From Octopus vulgaris (taxonomy: Eukaryota), in NCBI GenBank assembly GCA_951406725.2, contig OX597829.1, positions 58,032,001-58,096,000 on the forward strand: a DNA stretch of 64,000 nucleotides, written 5' to 3'. Made by a program: the position numbers and the translations under genes. This document shows positions 12,577 through 23,600 of the stretch, piece after piece. Position 1 is the first letter of the stretch. Each line of letters opens with the position of its first letter. Below the pieces are notes generated by a model that had not been told where the DNA came from, did no database searches, and was given only the letters and a program-made list of their open reading frames with translations.

Positions 12577-13117
12577 TGTGGAGGCGTGTGGCTTAGTGGT
12601 TAGGGTGTCAGCATCATGATCGTAAGATTGTGGTTTCGATTCCTGGACCGGGCGTACGTTGTGTTCTTGAGCAAGACACTTCATTTCATGTGGCTCCAGT
12701 CCACTCAGCTGGTAAAAAATGAGTAACACTGCGATGGACTGGCGTCCCATCAGGTGGGGAACACATACGCCATTGAAACTGGGAAACCAGGCCCATGAAC
12801 AAGGCTAAAAATGTGGAGGCACATGGTCTAGTGGTTACAGCAGCAGACTTGCAGTCGAGGGATAGCGAGTTCGAATCTCAGACCGGGCGATGTGTGTGTT
12901 TAAGAGCGAAACAGCTAAGCTCCACGTGGCTCTGGCAGAAGGTAATGGCAAACTTCTGCTGACTCTTTCGCCACAACTTTCACTCTTTCCTCCTGCATCT
13001 TGCAGCTCACCTGCGATGGACCAGCGTCCTGCCCAGGTGTAGAACCTATACACCAAGGAAACCAGAAAACTGGCCCTTATGAGCCAGGCATGGCTAGAGA
13101 AGGAACAAACAAAACAA
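12577..13117 (+). mobile_element. Two tandem tRNA-headed SINEs (family C) inside one 14-bp target-site duplication; related copies 3867-3948(-), 58638-59005(+), 63594-63975(+)
   Basis: Heads TGTGGAGGC..TGG.YYAGTGGTTA..TTCGA at 12577 and 12812. Flanks are CTATCCTACCTAAA and CTATCCCACCTAAA. Confidence 0.75.
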
Positions 13118-14307
13118 CTATCCCACCTAAAGACACATATATTAAAGAATTAATCTTTAGGATAAATGAATTTATTCATAGAAAAAAGCATAATATGTTA
13201 TATGTATGTATATTATTGTAATTATCAATTTAGTAAATAAATAAATAAGTTAACATAATATAATGTCTCCATTTTCTTATTGCTATATATATATATACAT
13301 ATATACATATATATATATACATATATATATAGGCAATGACTGGCCTCCGTGCTGAGGGCACGTAACAAACACCATCCGAGCGTGGCCGTCCGCCAGCCTA
13401 TTCTGGCACCTGTGTCGGTGACACATAAGAAAACACCATCCGAGCGTGGCCGTCTGCCAGCCTCGTCTGGCACCTGTGTCGGTGGCACATAAAAAACACC
13501 ATCCGAGCGTGGCCGTCTGCCAGCCTCGTCTGGCACCTGTGTCGGTGGCACATAAAATCACCCACTACACTCTCGGAGTGGTTGGCGTTAGGAAGGGCAT
13601 CCAGCTGTAGAAACACTGCCACATCTGACTGGCCTGGTGCAGCCTTCGGGCTTCCCAGACCCCAGTTGAACCGTCCAACCCATGCTAGCATGGAAAGCGG
13701 ACGTTAAACGATGATGATGATGATGATGATGATATATATATATGTTAGCCCCTTGTGGGTAGTAAGCACCCACTACACTCACGGAGTGGTTGGCGTTAGG
13801 AAGGGCATCCAGCTGTAGAAACACTGCCAGATCTGACTGGGCCTGACGAAGCCTTCCAGGTTCACAGACCCCAGTTGAATCGTCCAACCCATGCTAGCAT
13901 GGAAAGCGGACGCTAAATGATGACGATGATGATGATGATAAATAAGGAAAAGGTGGTTATTTAAAATATTGATCTTATCAGGTGGCCAGCATGGGAATGA
14001 AAACCTTCAAAATTAATAATTATTTAAAACTATAATTTAGGGTATTAAGAGATACCACCACGCTAGAAATAGCAGCCAAAACTTGGCTCTGAAACCACAT
14101 TAAATGTTCATACAGCACCTGGACAGAAGAGAAAGAGACACAATAAACTAGTAAAAAATTACTGGATAACTCCAGATCCCGAATTTCTGGCTCTCCATAA
14201 GAAATGCTTTGTTGAAGCATTTAGTTACGGGGACATAAATGCATCAGTTGTCAAGCAATGTTGGGTGGGACAAACACAGACACATAAACATATACACACA
14301 CACATAC

Positions 14308-14362
<55 letters not shown>

Positions 14363-14456
14363 ATCCAAACAAGAAAGCATAAAAAAACACAACAACGCGA
14401 GGACGTGGAACAAATAAAGTATTATTGGATGCTCAGGAAAGAAGGAAAGAAGGAGG

Positions 14457-14492
14457 GTTTTTACGTTTCGAGTGGTGCTCTTCGTCGGAAAC
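14457..14492 (-). ncRNA. Minimal hammerhead-like motif, CCGACGA core variant (same family as 2429-2463)
   Basis: Minus strand reads GTTT-CCGACGA-A-GAG(cacca)CTC-GAAA-CGTA-AAAA. Confidence 0.5.
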
Positions 14493-14572
14493 ATAGGAGA
14501 AGGAAAGATCCAGAGAAGGGAAGACAGAGGAAAAATATATATATATATATGTATGTATATATATTATATATG

Positions 14573-14603
<31 letters not shown>

Positions 14604-14961
14604 ATATATATATGTATATATATAGCTACATGATTGGCTATGTGATAAGTAGCTTGCTTACCAACCACATGGTTCCAGTTTCAGTCCCACTGTGTGGCAC
14701 CTTGGGCAAGTGTCTTCTACTATAGCATTGGGCCAACCAAAGAGACCGATAGAATAAGTACTAGGCTTACAAGGAATAAGTCCTGGGATCGATTTGCTTG
14801 ACTAAAGGCGGTGCTCCAGCATGGTCGCAGTCAAAAGACTGAAACAAGTAAAAGAGTGAAAGAATATATATACTTATATATACGAGCATATACATACATA
14901 TATATGCACATATGTACACGACCTGTTAAATTTATGTGTATTTATGTGCTATCCGCATATA

Positions 14962-15018
14962 TTTCACTGATGAAGGCAAAGCATTTCTTATGGAGAGCCA
15001 GAAATCTGGGATCTGGAA
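14962..15018 (+). ncRNA. Type I hammerhead-like motif within an inverted repeat (14040-14210 vs 14977-15150)
   Basis: TTTCA-CTGATGA-A-GGC...GCC-A-GAAA-TC(tgg)GA-TC-TGGAA, with helix I TTTCA/TGGAA and an extra A before GAAA. Confidence 0.5.
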
Positions 15019-15282
15019 TTATCCAGTAATGTTTTTACTGGTTATTTTGTCTCCTTGTCTTCTCTCCTGGTGCTGTATGAACATTTAATGTGGTTTTAAA
15101 GTCAAGTTTTGGCTGCTATTTCTAGCGTTGTGGTTTCTCTTAGATACCCTAAATTATAATTATATATATATATGTATATATGCGCAGGAGTGGCTGTGTG
15201 GTAAAGAGCTTGCTTACCAACCACAAGTTCAGTCTCATTTGGGCAAGTGCATTCTAATATAGCCTCGGGCCGACCAAAGCTT

Positions 15283-16369
15283 TGTCGAGAATACGACCAT
15301 ATGTAAGGAGTTGGTGACAAATGTCTCCTTTTCAGCGCTGCACGGTCGCCCCTAACATAATAAGAAGCCACATACATGATATAAAATACAGTGCCAATAG
15401 GAATGAATGAGGACAACAAACCGTTCTACTGTTTGAGAGAGAAGAAGACTTTATTCACAATGTGTTTACAAAGAGAGTGTGTGTGGGTGCTAGCAAGATG
15501 GAGCGTATGTGTGCATGTGACAAGTGTTTGTGTCTGTGTGTTTGTGTGTGTGACAGAAGGTGAATGCGTATACAACAGAAATACAAAGCATAAGATGAAT
15601 GTCTCAGCATATTGAGTTAAGATGGAATTTGTTTACCAGTTTGTACCTGAGGTACATGATAGCAAGAATTCTATAACAAGATGTTGGAGGTCACGAGACA
15701 GAGGCCAGTTGGGGCACATGTTGTACAGCAGTTGGGGCCCTCAATGCTGTGCCGAGTCTCTTGATACAGTAAGTTTTTTTACAAGTTGACTGTGCTATTT
15801 TACCCGGGTGAATATTCACAAACAGCGAGGAGTTTAAACCTGGACGAGTGCTGTGTACATATTTGAAGTTGACGGTGGGAATAGCGACGATGGTGGAGAT
15901 GACGTAAGGTTGAAGTATGACGATGGTGATGACGGTGGTGGAGATGGAGAATGTGCTGTCTGTCGCTGGTGTATAATAACGTTTTCATGGCTGGAGCAGT
16001 AGCATGGGTGGCTGGCTGACTGGTCGTCTGTCGCTTGAACTGGAACACAGCTGAGTAGCTCTATGGTCAGTGACTAGACCTCAGAAGATCTAAAGCCAAA
16101 GGACGTAGAATAGTGAATGCTGGCCTATTTATAGCCTGTGGTAGGCTCAAAATGAAGGATTAGAGAAAGTGTCATGAGACCTTATCCAAAGGCCATGATT
16201 GGTTGGCTTACACACTGGCGCAAAATAAGTTGAAAGACAAACTGCGCCAAATACCAACAAATCAAAGCAGTGGACACAACAGGATCTAACTAGCCAAAGA
16301 TGGTTGTAATCTCAAACGAGATCATTCCTAATGTGTCTCTAAAACAGTGAGGACATCAATATCGCTACA
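15283..16369 (-). mobile_element. Probable solo LTR (~1.09 kb) inserted in a family A SINE
   Basis: It splits the SINE between ..CCAAAGCTT and GTGGATTTGG.. and has TG...CA ends. On minus, CCAAT (16198-16202), TATAAATA (16126-16133) and AATAAA (15450-15455) occur in LTR order. No clean target-site duplication. Confidence 0.55.
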
Positions 16370-16424
16370 GTGGATTTGGTAGATGGAAACTGAAAGAAGC
16401 TCGTCGTATATATATATATAAATA

Positions 16425-16572
16425 AATACAGTGTACATTTAAACACATAAGAGATGGCCATCTGACTCGCTAGAAAGAGTAGTTAAACTACATACCACTT
16501 TAACTACTCTTTCTAGCGAGACAGATGTCCTGTTACGGCCGTCTCTTATGTGTTTAAATGTACACTGTATTT
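16425..16572. repeat. Fold-back inverted repeat, ~63-bp arms
   Basis: AAATACAGTGTACATTTAAACACATAAGAGA..CTCGCTAGAAAGAGTAGTTAAA pairs with its reverse complement about 10 nt downstream. Confidence 0.9.
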
Positions 16573-17725
16573 TTATATGAATAATACATAGTCTATTGAC
16601 TAGTTTTTTCTTCTTGCTAGACCAATGGTAGCAAAGAATTCTTCTAAATGTTTTTGCTACCCTAAGATTTATCCACAAGGTTCCGAGTTCAGTCCCACTG
16701 CACGGCACCTTGGGCAAGTGTTTTCTACTATAGCCTTGTGAGTGGATTTGGTAGACGGAAACTGAAAGAAGCCCGTCATATATATAAACACACCACTATT
16801 GGTTCTCAAGCGATGTTGGGGGGACAAACACAGACACAAACATATACCTACATATATATATATATATATATATATACATACATATATATGACAGGCTTCT
16901 TTTCAGTTTCCATCTACCAAATCCACTCACAAGGCTTTGATAGGCATGAGGCTATAGTAGAAGACACCCACCTCAGGTGCCACGCAGTGGGACTAAACCC
17001 GGAACCCTGTGGTTGGTAAGCAAGCTACTTACCACACAGCTACACCTGTGCCTATATATATGTACTCTTTTACTTGTTTCAGTCATTTGACTGTGGCCAT
17101 GCTGGAGCACCGCCTTTAGTTGAGCAAATCAACCCCAGGACTTTTCTTTGTAAGCCTAGTACTTATTCTATCAGGTACTTTTGCCGAACCGCTAAGTTAC
17201 ATATATACGATGGGTTTCTTTCAGTTTCCGTCTACCAAATCCACTCACAAGGCTTTGGTCTGCCCGAGGCTACAGTAGAAGACACTTGCCCAAGGTGCCA
17301 CGCAGTGGGACTGAACCCGGAACCATGTGGTTGGTAAGCAAGTTACTTACCACACAGCCACTCCTACGCCTATATATATATATTCTTTTATTTGTTATCT
17401 GCGACCATACTGGAGCACCGCCTTTTATATATATATATATATATATATATAACTGGAGGCGTGTTGTTATAGCTAGGTGGTGTCTATCATCGTTCTCCGA
17501 TGGCCACATTCTGTGGTTGGTGTAAGGTAAAAAATTTCAGAACATTAACGAAACATGTCCCCGATTTGGGTAACACGGTCATTTTATTAATAACAAACTC
17601 TATGTTGTTAAGCATTACGTTCAATTAACATGTGAGCTGTGATGAAAAATGGAAAAGTATTAAGGAAAATACGGTTTTTATTTAAGAAACGGGTACTATT
17701 TAAGAAGAGTGATCCCGGTGCGCGC

Positions 17726-17871
17726 ACTCGCGTATCTGCGCTAGCTAGTCGTGACCAGTTGATCCTACAACTACCTAGGAAAGTAAATAATTTTTTAAAA
17801 CAAAGTAAATAAAACGCAAATGCGCAAAGTAAGGATCGATTAGTCACGACTAGCTAGTCGGATGCGCGAGT
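17726..17871. repeat. CpG-rich imperfect ~40-bp inverted repeat pair (MITE-like, unclassified)
   Basis: ACTCGCGTATCTGCGCTAGCTAGTCGTGACCAGTTGATCCT versus AGGATCGATTAGTCACGACTAGCTAGTCGGATGCGCGAGT. Confidence 0.7.
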
Positions 17872-18302
17872 ACAGTACCAAAAAACGTAAAGATATGTAA
17901 GGAGTGGCTGTATGGTAAGTAGCTTGCTTACCAACCACATGGTTCCAGGTTCAGTCCCACTGCGTGGCACCTTGGGCAGGTGTCTTCTATTTATAGCCTG
18001 GGCCGACCAAAGCCTTGGGAGTGGATTTGCTAGACGGAAACTGAAAGAAGCCCGTCGTATACATGTATATATATATGTGTGTATATGTTTGTGTGTCTGT
18101 GTTTGTACCCCCAACATTGCTTGACAACCGATGCTAGTGTGTTTACGTCCTCGTAACTTAGCGGTTCGGCAAAAGGGACCGATAGTATAAGTACTATGCA
18201 TCCAAAGAATAAGTCCTGGGGTCGATTTGCTCGACTAAAGGCGGTGCTCCAGCTTGGTCGCAATCACATCACTGAACCAAGTAAAAGAGTTATCAGTTGA
18301 TG

Positions 18303-18697
18303 AGAGACCTGGACACTAAAGAAAGCTGACCAGAAGAGAATTAATGCATTCGAGCTTTGGTGTTGGAGAAGACTTTTACGGATTTCATGGACAGCGAGGG
18401 TCACCAATGGAGAAGTTCTTAAGCAGATCAAGCCGAAACTGTCGCTAGAAGCTAGGATCACCAAGCATAGATTGACATATTTTGGTCATATTATGCGGAG
18501 AAGGACATCATGCTCGGAATGGTTAGTGGCCAGAGAGGAAGAGGCCGACCAAGAACCCGCTGGCTTGACACCATCAAGAGTGACACGGGAATGGCCATAG
18601 CCAATCTGAAAGAAGCGACCCAGGATAGAACTGGCTGGAGGACGCTGATCCATCGAGTAACAGAGAGTCGACTTCGACTGAGCGGAGAGATAGATAG
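18303..18697 (+). mobile_element. RTE-BovB-like LINE 3' end with a short internal deletion and (GATA)n tail
   Basis: It translates to ETWTLKKADQKRINAFELWCWRRLLRISWTARVTN..TYFGHIMR / KDIMLGMVSGQRGRGRPRTRWLD..WRTLIHRVTESRLRL, typical of the BovB/RTE C-terminus. Confidence 0.85.
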
Positions 18698-18700
18698 TTT

Positions 18701-18912
18701 TAACGTAATGGTTTCCTCTGTATGAGAGGGAGACTAAAAATATAAAGAGGGAAATTTTACCCTGACACCGCCTCAAGGTAATGGCTTCCTGTATGTGAGA
18801 GGGAGAATAAAATATAAAGAGGTAAATTTTGCCCTGACACCGAATCTGGGTGTCTTAACGTAATGGCTTCCTGAGACTAAAAGAATAAAGAGGTAAATTT
18901 TGCCCTGACACC
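18701..18912 (+). repeat. Three imperfect 55-70 bp direct repeats upstream of the MRCK start
   Basis: GTAATGG(C/T)TTCCT...TAAAGAGG(T/G)AAATTTT(G/A)CCCTGACACCG at about 18701, 18778 and 18857. Confidence 0.85.
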
Positions 18913-18924
18913 GGCTTACGTTTA

Positions 18925-18934
18925 ATGACGTCAT
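18925..18934. promoter_or_regulatory. Perfect CRE/ATF palindrome ATGACGTCAT in the CpG-retaining region ~165 bp before the MRCK ATG
   Basis: TGACGTCA at 18926-18933. Function is inferred from position only. Confidence 0.45.
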
Positions 18935-19096
18935 CGGTGCCCCCTCCCGCAATTATTTTTAAGTGTCGGCCATGGTAGAAGATTTCTGGTGAATAATTTC
19001 ATGAAACCGAATGTCAGAAAACCTGCCTTGTTTTAAAATTTCGGCATTATTATACATCGTCTACGAGTAAAGTAGGTTTCTGTGACCCCGATAAAC

Positions 19097-19265
19097 ATGT
19101 CTGTTGGTGAACGCCTGAAAGAATTAGAGACTATTTATGTGACTGGCGGTCATGAAGATGCATTTAGCGTCGAGACCCTCCTTGATGTGCTCCTGGTTCT
19201 TTTTGATGAATGTTGCGCCTCAACTATGCGAAGAGAGAAGAATATTTCGGATTTCGTAGAATTCG
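19097..19265 (+). CDS. CDC42BPA: MRCK (myotonic dystrophy kinase-related CDC42-binding kinase; gek-like), coding exon 1
   Basis: [56 protein letters not shown](A) matches the MRCK N-terminus (human ..[28 protein letters not shown]..). Phase-1 donor G|gtaata. Alpha versus beta paralog cannot be assigned for an invertebrate gene. Confidence 0.93.
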
Positions 19266-19467
19266 GTAATAACACAAGCTTTTTCCACTCTCCTTTTATA
19301 CATAAATTTGCATTTTGCGATTATAATTGGATTATAATTACCATCATATCAGTGTCTTCTCCAACCCTTCCACCCATAAATATGTGTGTGTGCGTACTTT
19401 TAGTACACACACACACTTATAAATATACTTGTGCCAATTAGAAGTCTTCCCACTGTTGATTATACTT

Positions 19468-20317
19468 AAGATTTTCAGCTTCTTCTGAAGCTCTACAGGA
19501 AAGACTTCCGCCCGTCTCCTTCCCCCCCTCTTTAATTTTTTCCCCAAATTTTTTAAATTTACAAATTTTTTTGGCCCCAAATCCCCTGTTTTCGGGATAC
19601 GGAGGTTCCGGAAAATTGTCAAAAATCGGTATTGTGAAATTTTTTACCCCCCACTTTCCCCTCTCCCCTGCCACAACTTCTTAAATTTTGACTCCCCCCT
19701 ACACTAACCCTAACCCTAAAACCCTGATCCTGTAACCGTAAGTACAGAAATGTGACTACACATAAGATCTCCAACTTCTTGTAAAGCTCGACTGGAAACA
19801 CTTCCGCCCGTCTCCTTCCCCTCTTTATTTTTTTCCCAAACTTTTTTAAATTATAAATTTTTTTGGCCCCAAATCCTTCGTTTTCGGGATACGGGGGGTC
19901 CGGAAAATCGTCAAAAAATCGGTATTGTAACCCCCCCTCTTTTCTCCGCCACAACTTCTTAAATTTTGACTTTTTTTCCCCCCCTACACTAACCCTAACT
20001 CTAAAACCCTAACCCCGTAACCGTAAGTACAGAAATGTGACTATACATAAGATTTTCAACATCTTGTAAAGCTCTACTGGAAAGACTTCCGTCCGTCTCC
20101 CCCCACCCATTTAATTTTTTCCCAATTTTTAAAAAATTTACAAATTTTTTTGGCCCCAGATCTCCCGTTTTCGGGATACGGAGATTCCGGAAAATTGCCA
20201 AAAATCGGTATTGTGAAATTTTTTATCCCTCCCCACACCTCTTTCTTCGCCACAACTTCCTAAATTTTGACCCCCCCCTACACTAACCTTAATCCCCGTA
20301 ACCGTAAGTACAGAAAT
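19468..20317 (+). repeat. Three ~270-300 bp satellite units containing (CCCTAA)n telomere-like motifs
   Basis: Units start near 19468, 19765 and 20048 and share TTTTCGGGATACGG..TCCGGAAAAT..AAAAATCGGTATTGT..CTACACTAACC(C)TAA..GTAACCGTAAGTACAGAAAT. Confidence 0.88.
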
Positions 20318-20666
20318 ATTTTGGAATTTTTTTTTCAGAATCAATCGCTGTATTTTTCTGCATATTTCGAAAAAAAAAAAAAATTCTTAAAAAATATTTT
20401 ACCAGATTTTTGGAAATTTTTTTCAGAATCATACTCACTGTATTTTTAGAATTTATTTTTTTATAAATTTAGAATTTTTATATATTTAGAAAGAAAAAAA
20501 AATTCTTAAAATTATTTTACAAAAATTTTTTGAAATTTTTTTTCAGAATCATAATGTACGTATTTTTCTGCATATTTAGAAGAAAAAAATTCTTAAAAAA
20601 AAATTTTACTAAAATTTTTGGAAATTTTGTTTTTAGAATTATAATCTGTGCATTTTTCTACATATT
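20318..20666. repeat. AT-rich minisatellite
   Basis: Recurrent GAAATTTTTTTTCAGAATCATA..GTATTTTTCTGCATATTT..AAAAAATTCTTAAAA units. Confidence 0.8.
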
Positions 20667-23600
20667 CTAATGGAGGCACCTCTATGAACCCACAAATAGT
20701 GAGTGGTGTTCCACAGGGCACTGTCTTGTGATCACTGCTTTTTATAGTGGCCCTCTCAGATATGCTCTCAAATGCCCAGATAGCCACCCTTGCAAGCTAT
20801 GCAGATGGTACGAAAGTCTCGCAGGAAATACAAAACCCTAGCAATGTTGCACACCTGCAGCAGGAGTTGGACTCAATTTATAGATGGGCTGAGGATAATA
20901 ATATGCAATTTAATGCTGAAAATTTTCAAGCCCTGTGCTACCAGTATCATCATCATCATTTAGCGTCCGCTTTCCATGCTAGCATGGGTTGGACGGTTCA
21001 ACTGGGGTCTGGTAGGCCAGAAGGCTGCACCAGGCCCAGTCTGATCTGGCAATGTTTCTACAGCTGGATGCCCTTGCTAACGCCAACCACTCTGTGAGTG
21101 TAGTGGGTGCTTTTTATGTGCCACCGACATGGAGGCCAGGCGAGGCTGGCAACAGCCACAATTGGATGGTGTTTGTTATGTGCCACCGGCACGGAGGCCA
21201 GTTGATGCAGCGCTGGCTACGGCTACGTTCGGATGACTCTCTTACGTGCCACCGGCACTGGTATCACAGCTACAATTTCCATTGATGTTGATTGATTTTG
21301 ATTCTCACTTGCCTCAACAGGTCTTCACAAGTAGAGTTTTGTGTCCCAAGAAGGAAAGGTATGCATAAGTGGACTGCCTACATCCCAGGTAGAGGCCATG
21401 GGTTATGGTCTCACTTTTCCTGCCGGGTCTTCTCACGCACAGCACACTTCCATAGGTCTCGGTCTCTAGTCATTTCCTCGGTGAGACCTAAAGTTCGAAG
21501 GTCGTGCTTCACCACCTCGTCCCAGGTTTTCCTGGGTCTTCCTCTTCCACAGGTTCCCTCAACTGCTAGGGTGTGGCACTTTTTCACACAACTATCTTCA
21601 TCCATTCTCTCCACAAGACCATACCAACGCAAACATCTCTCTTGCACACCACATCTGATGCTTCTTAGGTCCAACTTTTCTCTCAAGGTACTTACACTCT
21701 GTCGGGTATGAACACTGACATTACACATCCATTGGATCATACTGGCTTCATTTCTTGCGAGCTTACGAATATCCTCAGCAGTCACGGCCCATGTTTCACT
21801 GCCATGTAGCATGGCTGTTTGTACACATGCATCATAAAGTCTGCCTTTTACTCTGAGCGAGAGGCCTTTTGTCTCTAGCAGAGGTAAGAGCTCTCTGAAC
21901 TTTGCCCAGGCTATTCTTACTCTAGCAGTTACACTTTCAGCACACCTGCCCCCGCTACTGACTTGATCACCTAGGTAACGGAAACTATCAACTATTTCTA
22001 GTTTTTCTCCCTGGGATGTGGCTGAAGATGGTCTCTGCACATTTTCAGTGTTTATTGCTCCTGAGCATCTGCCACATACAAAAACTATTTTCCTAGTTAG
22101 CCTTCCTTTGACATTGCTGCATCTCTTATGTGTCCATAGCTTACACTTGGTGCATCTTATAGAGTTTCTACCTACGCCTTTTCTACATATCGAGCAGGGC
22201 CATCTACCCAAAGGCGTATGTGATTTGTCCACCTTCCTACTTATTAGGACTTTGGTTTTAGCTAGGTTGACTCTAAGGCCCTTCGATTCTAATCCTTGCT
22301 TCCATACCTGAAACTTCTCCTCCAGTTCTGATAGTGACTCAGCAATTAGAGCAAGGTCATCAGCATAGAGGAGCTCCCAGGGGCATCCTGTCTTGAATTC
22401 CTCCGTTATTGTCTGGAAGACTATGATAAATAGGAGGGAGCCGAGTACTGAGCCTTGGTGGACCCCAACCTCTGCCCGGAATTCTTCACTGTACTCGTTG
22501 CCAACCCTCACCTTACTAACAGCGTCTCTGTACATGGCTCGCACAGCTCTCACTAACCATTCATCTATCCCTAGTTTCCTCATTAACCACCAGATAAGGG
22601 ATTGAGGGACCCTGTCAAAGGCTTTCTCCAAGTCAAAGAAAGCCAAGTACAGAGGTTTATCTTTGGCTAGGTATTGCTCCTGCAGCTGTCTCACCAGGAA
22701 TATGGCATCAGTGGTGCTTTTCCCTGGCATGAACCCAAACTGCATCTCATCCAAGCTAACTCTCTCCCTAATCAGTTGGGCTATAACCCTCTCCGTAACC
22801 TTCATTACCTGATCCAACAGCTTGATACCTCTGTAATTATTTGTATCTAGGGCGTCACCTTTACCTTTGTAGCAGTTGACTATTATGCCGCTACACCAGT
22901 CATCAGGAATGACTCCTTCGTGTATTACCTGGTTAACTATACGGGTGACTGGGCTTTAGCCGACACAGCCAGATATTTTGAGAATCTCTGCAGTGATTCC
23001 TGATGGGCCTGGGGCTTTCTCTGCATTCATACTCTTGATTGCTTTAACTACCAAGGTACTGTCAACTCGGATAGCTGGTCCCTCTGTTGGGTCAATATTC
23101 GGCAGACTCTCTTTATCCCATTCATTTTCCTTATTCAGCAGCCTTTCATAAAGGTGTCTCCAAACCTCTCTCTTTGCATCCTCATTCAGCGCAAGTGAAC
23201 CATCATCCATGTAAACACATTTCTCTCCTACCACGTCACAATTCTCTCTCACACACTGTCTTGCAACACGAAATACCTCAAGTCTTTGGTCCTCACGGCG
23301 CAAAACATTGGCAAATTTTTTCTTATCTGCTTCCCCTCTGGCTAAATACACCTGCCTCCTAGCTTCCCTTCTGGCAGTCTGATACACTTTCCTGCTACCA
23401 CCGTTCTTCCAGTCCTTCCAAGCCTGTTTCTTTTGTCTAATAACCCTGTCAACAACATTGTTCCACCACCACGTTATTCTGGGTCTTGAGAGGACTCTGC
23501 ACCAACCACAGATTTGGTCAGTGGCCCTTAGCAGGTTGTCCCTTAGAGACCTCCAGTTGTCTTCTACCTCAAGTGAAGCTATATCCCCTTCTATTTTGTC

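Noticed and set aside
12577-12890. tRNA-like sequences as real tRNA genes (also 3867-3948, 54778-54849, 58638-58712)
   Set aside because: Stems are broken and the sequences continue into SINE or retroelement bodies.
13330-13560. Regularly spaced direct repeats that look CRISPR-like
   Set aside because: The ~62-bp units repeat in full with no unique spacers. They are the tandem module of the RTE 3' UTR, in a eukaryotic context with no cas genes.
19266-19441. Extension of ORF 19082-19441 beyond VEF
   Set aside because: MRCK similarity stops at the G|gtaata donor and resumes at 56331. The rest is intron read-through, and the GTG start at 19082 is an ORF-caller artefact.
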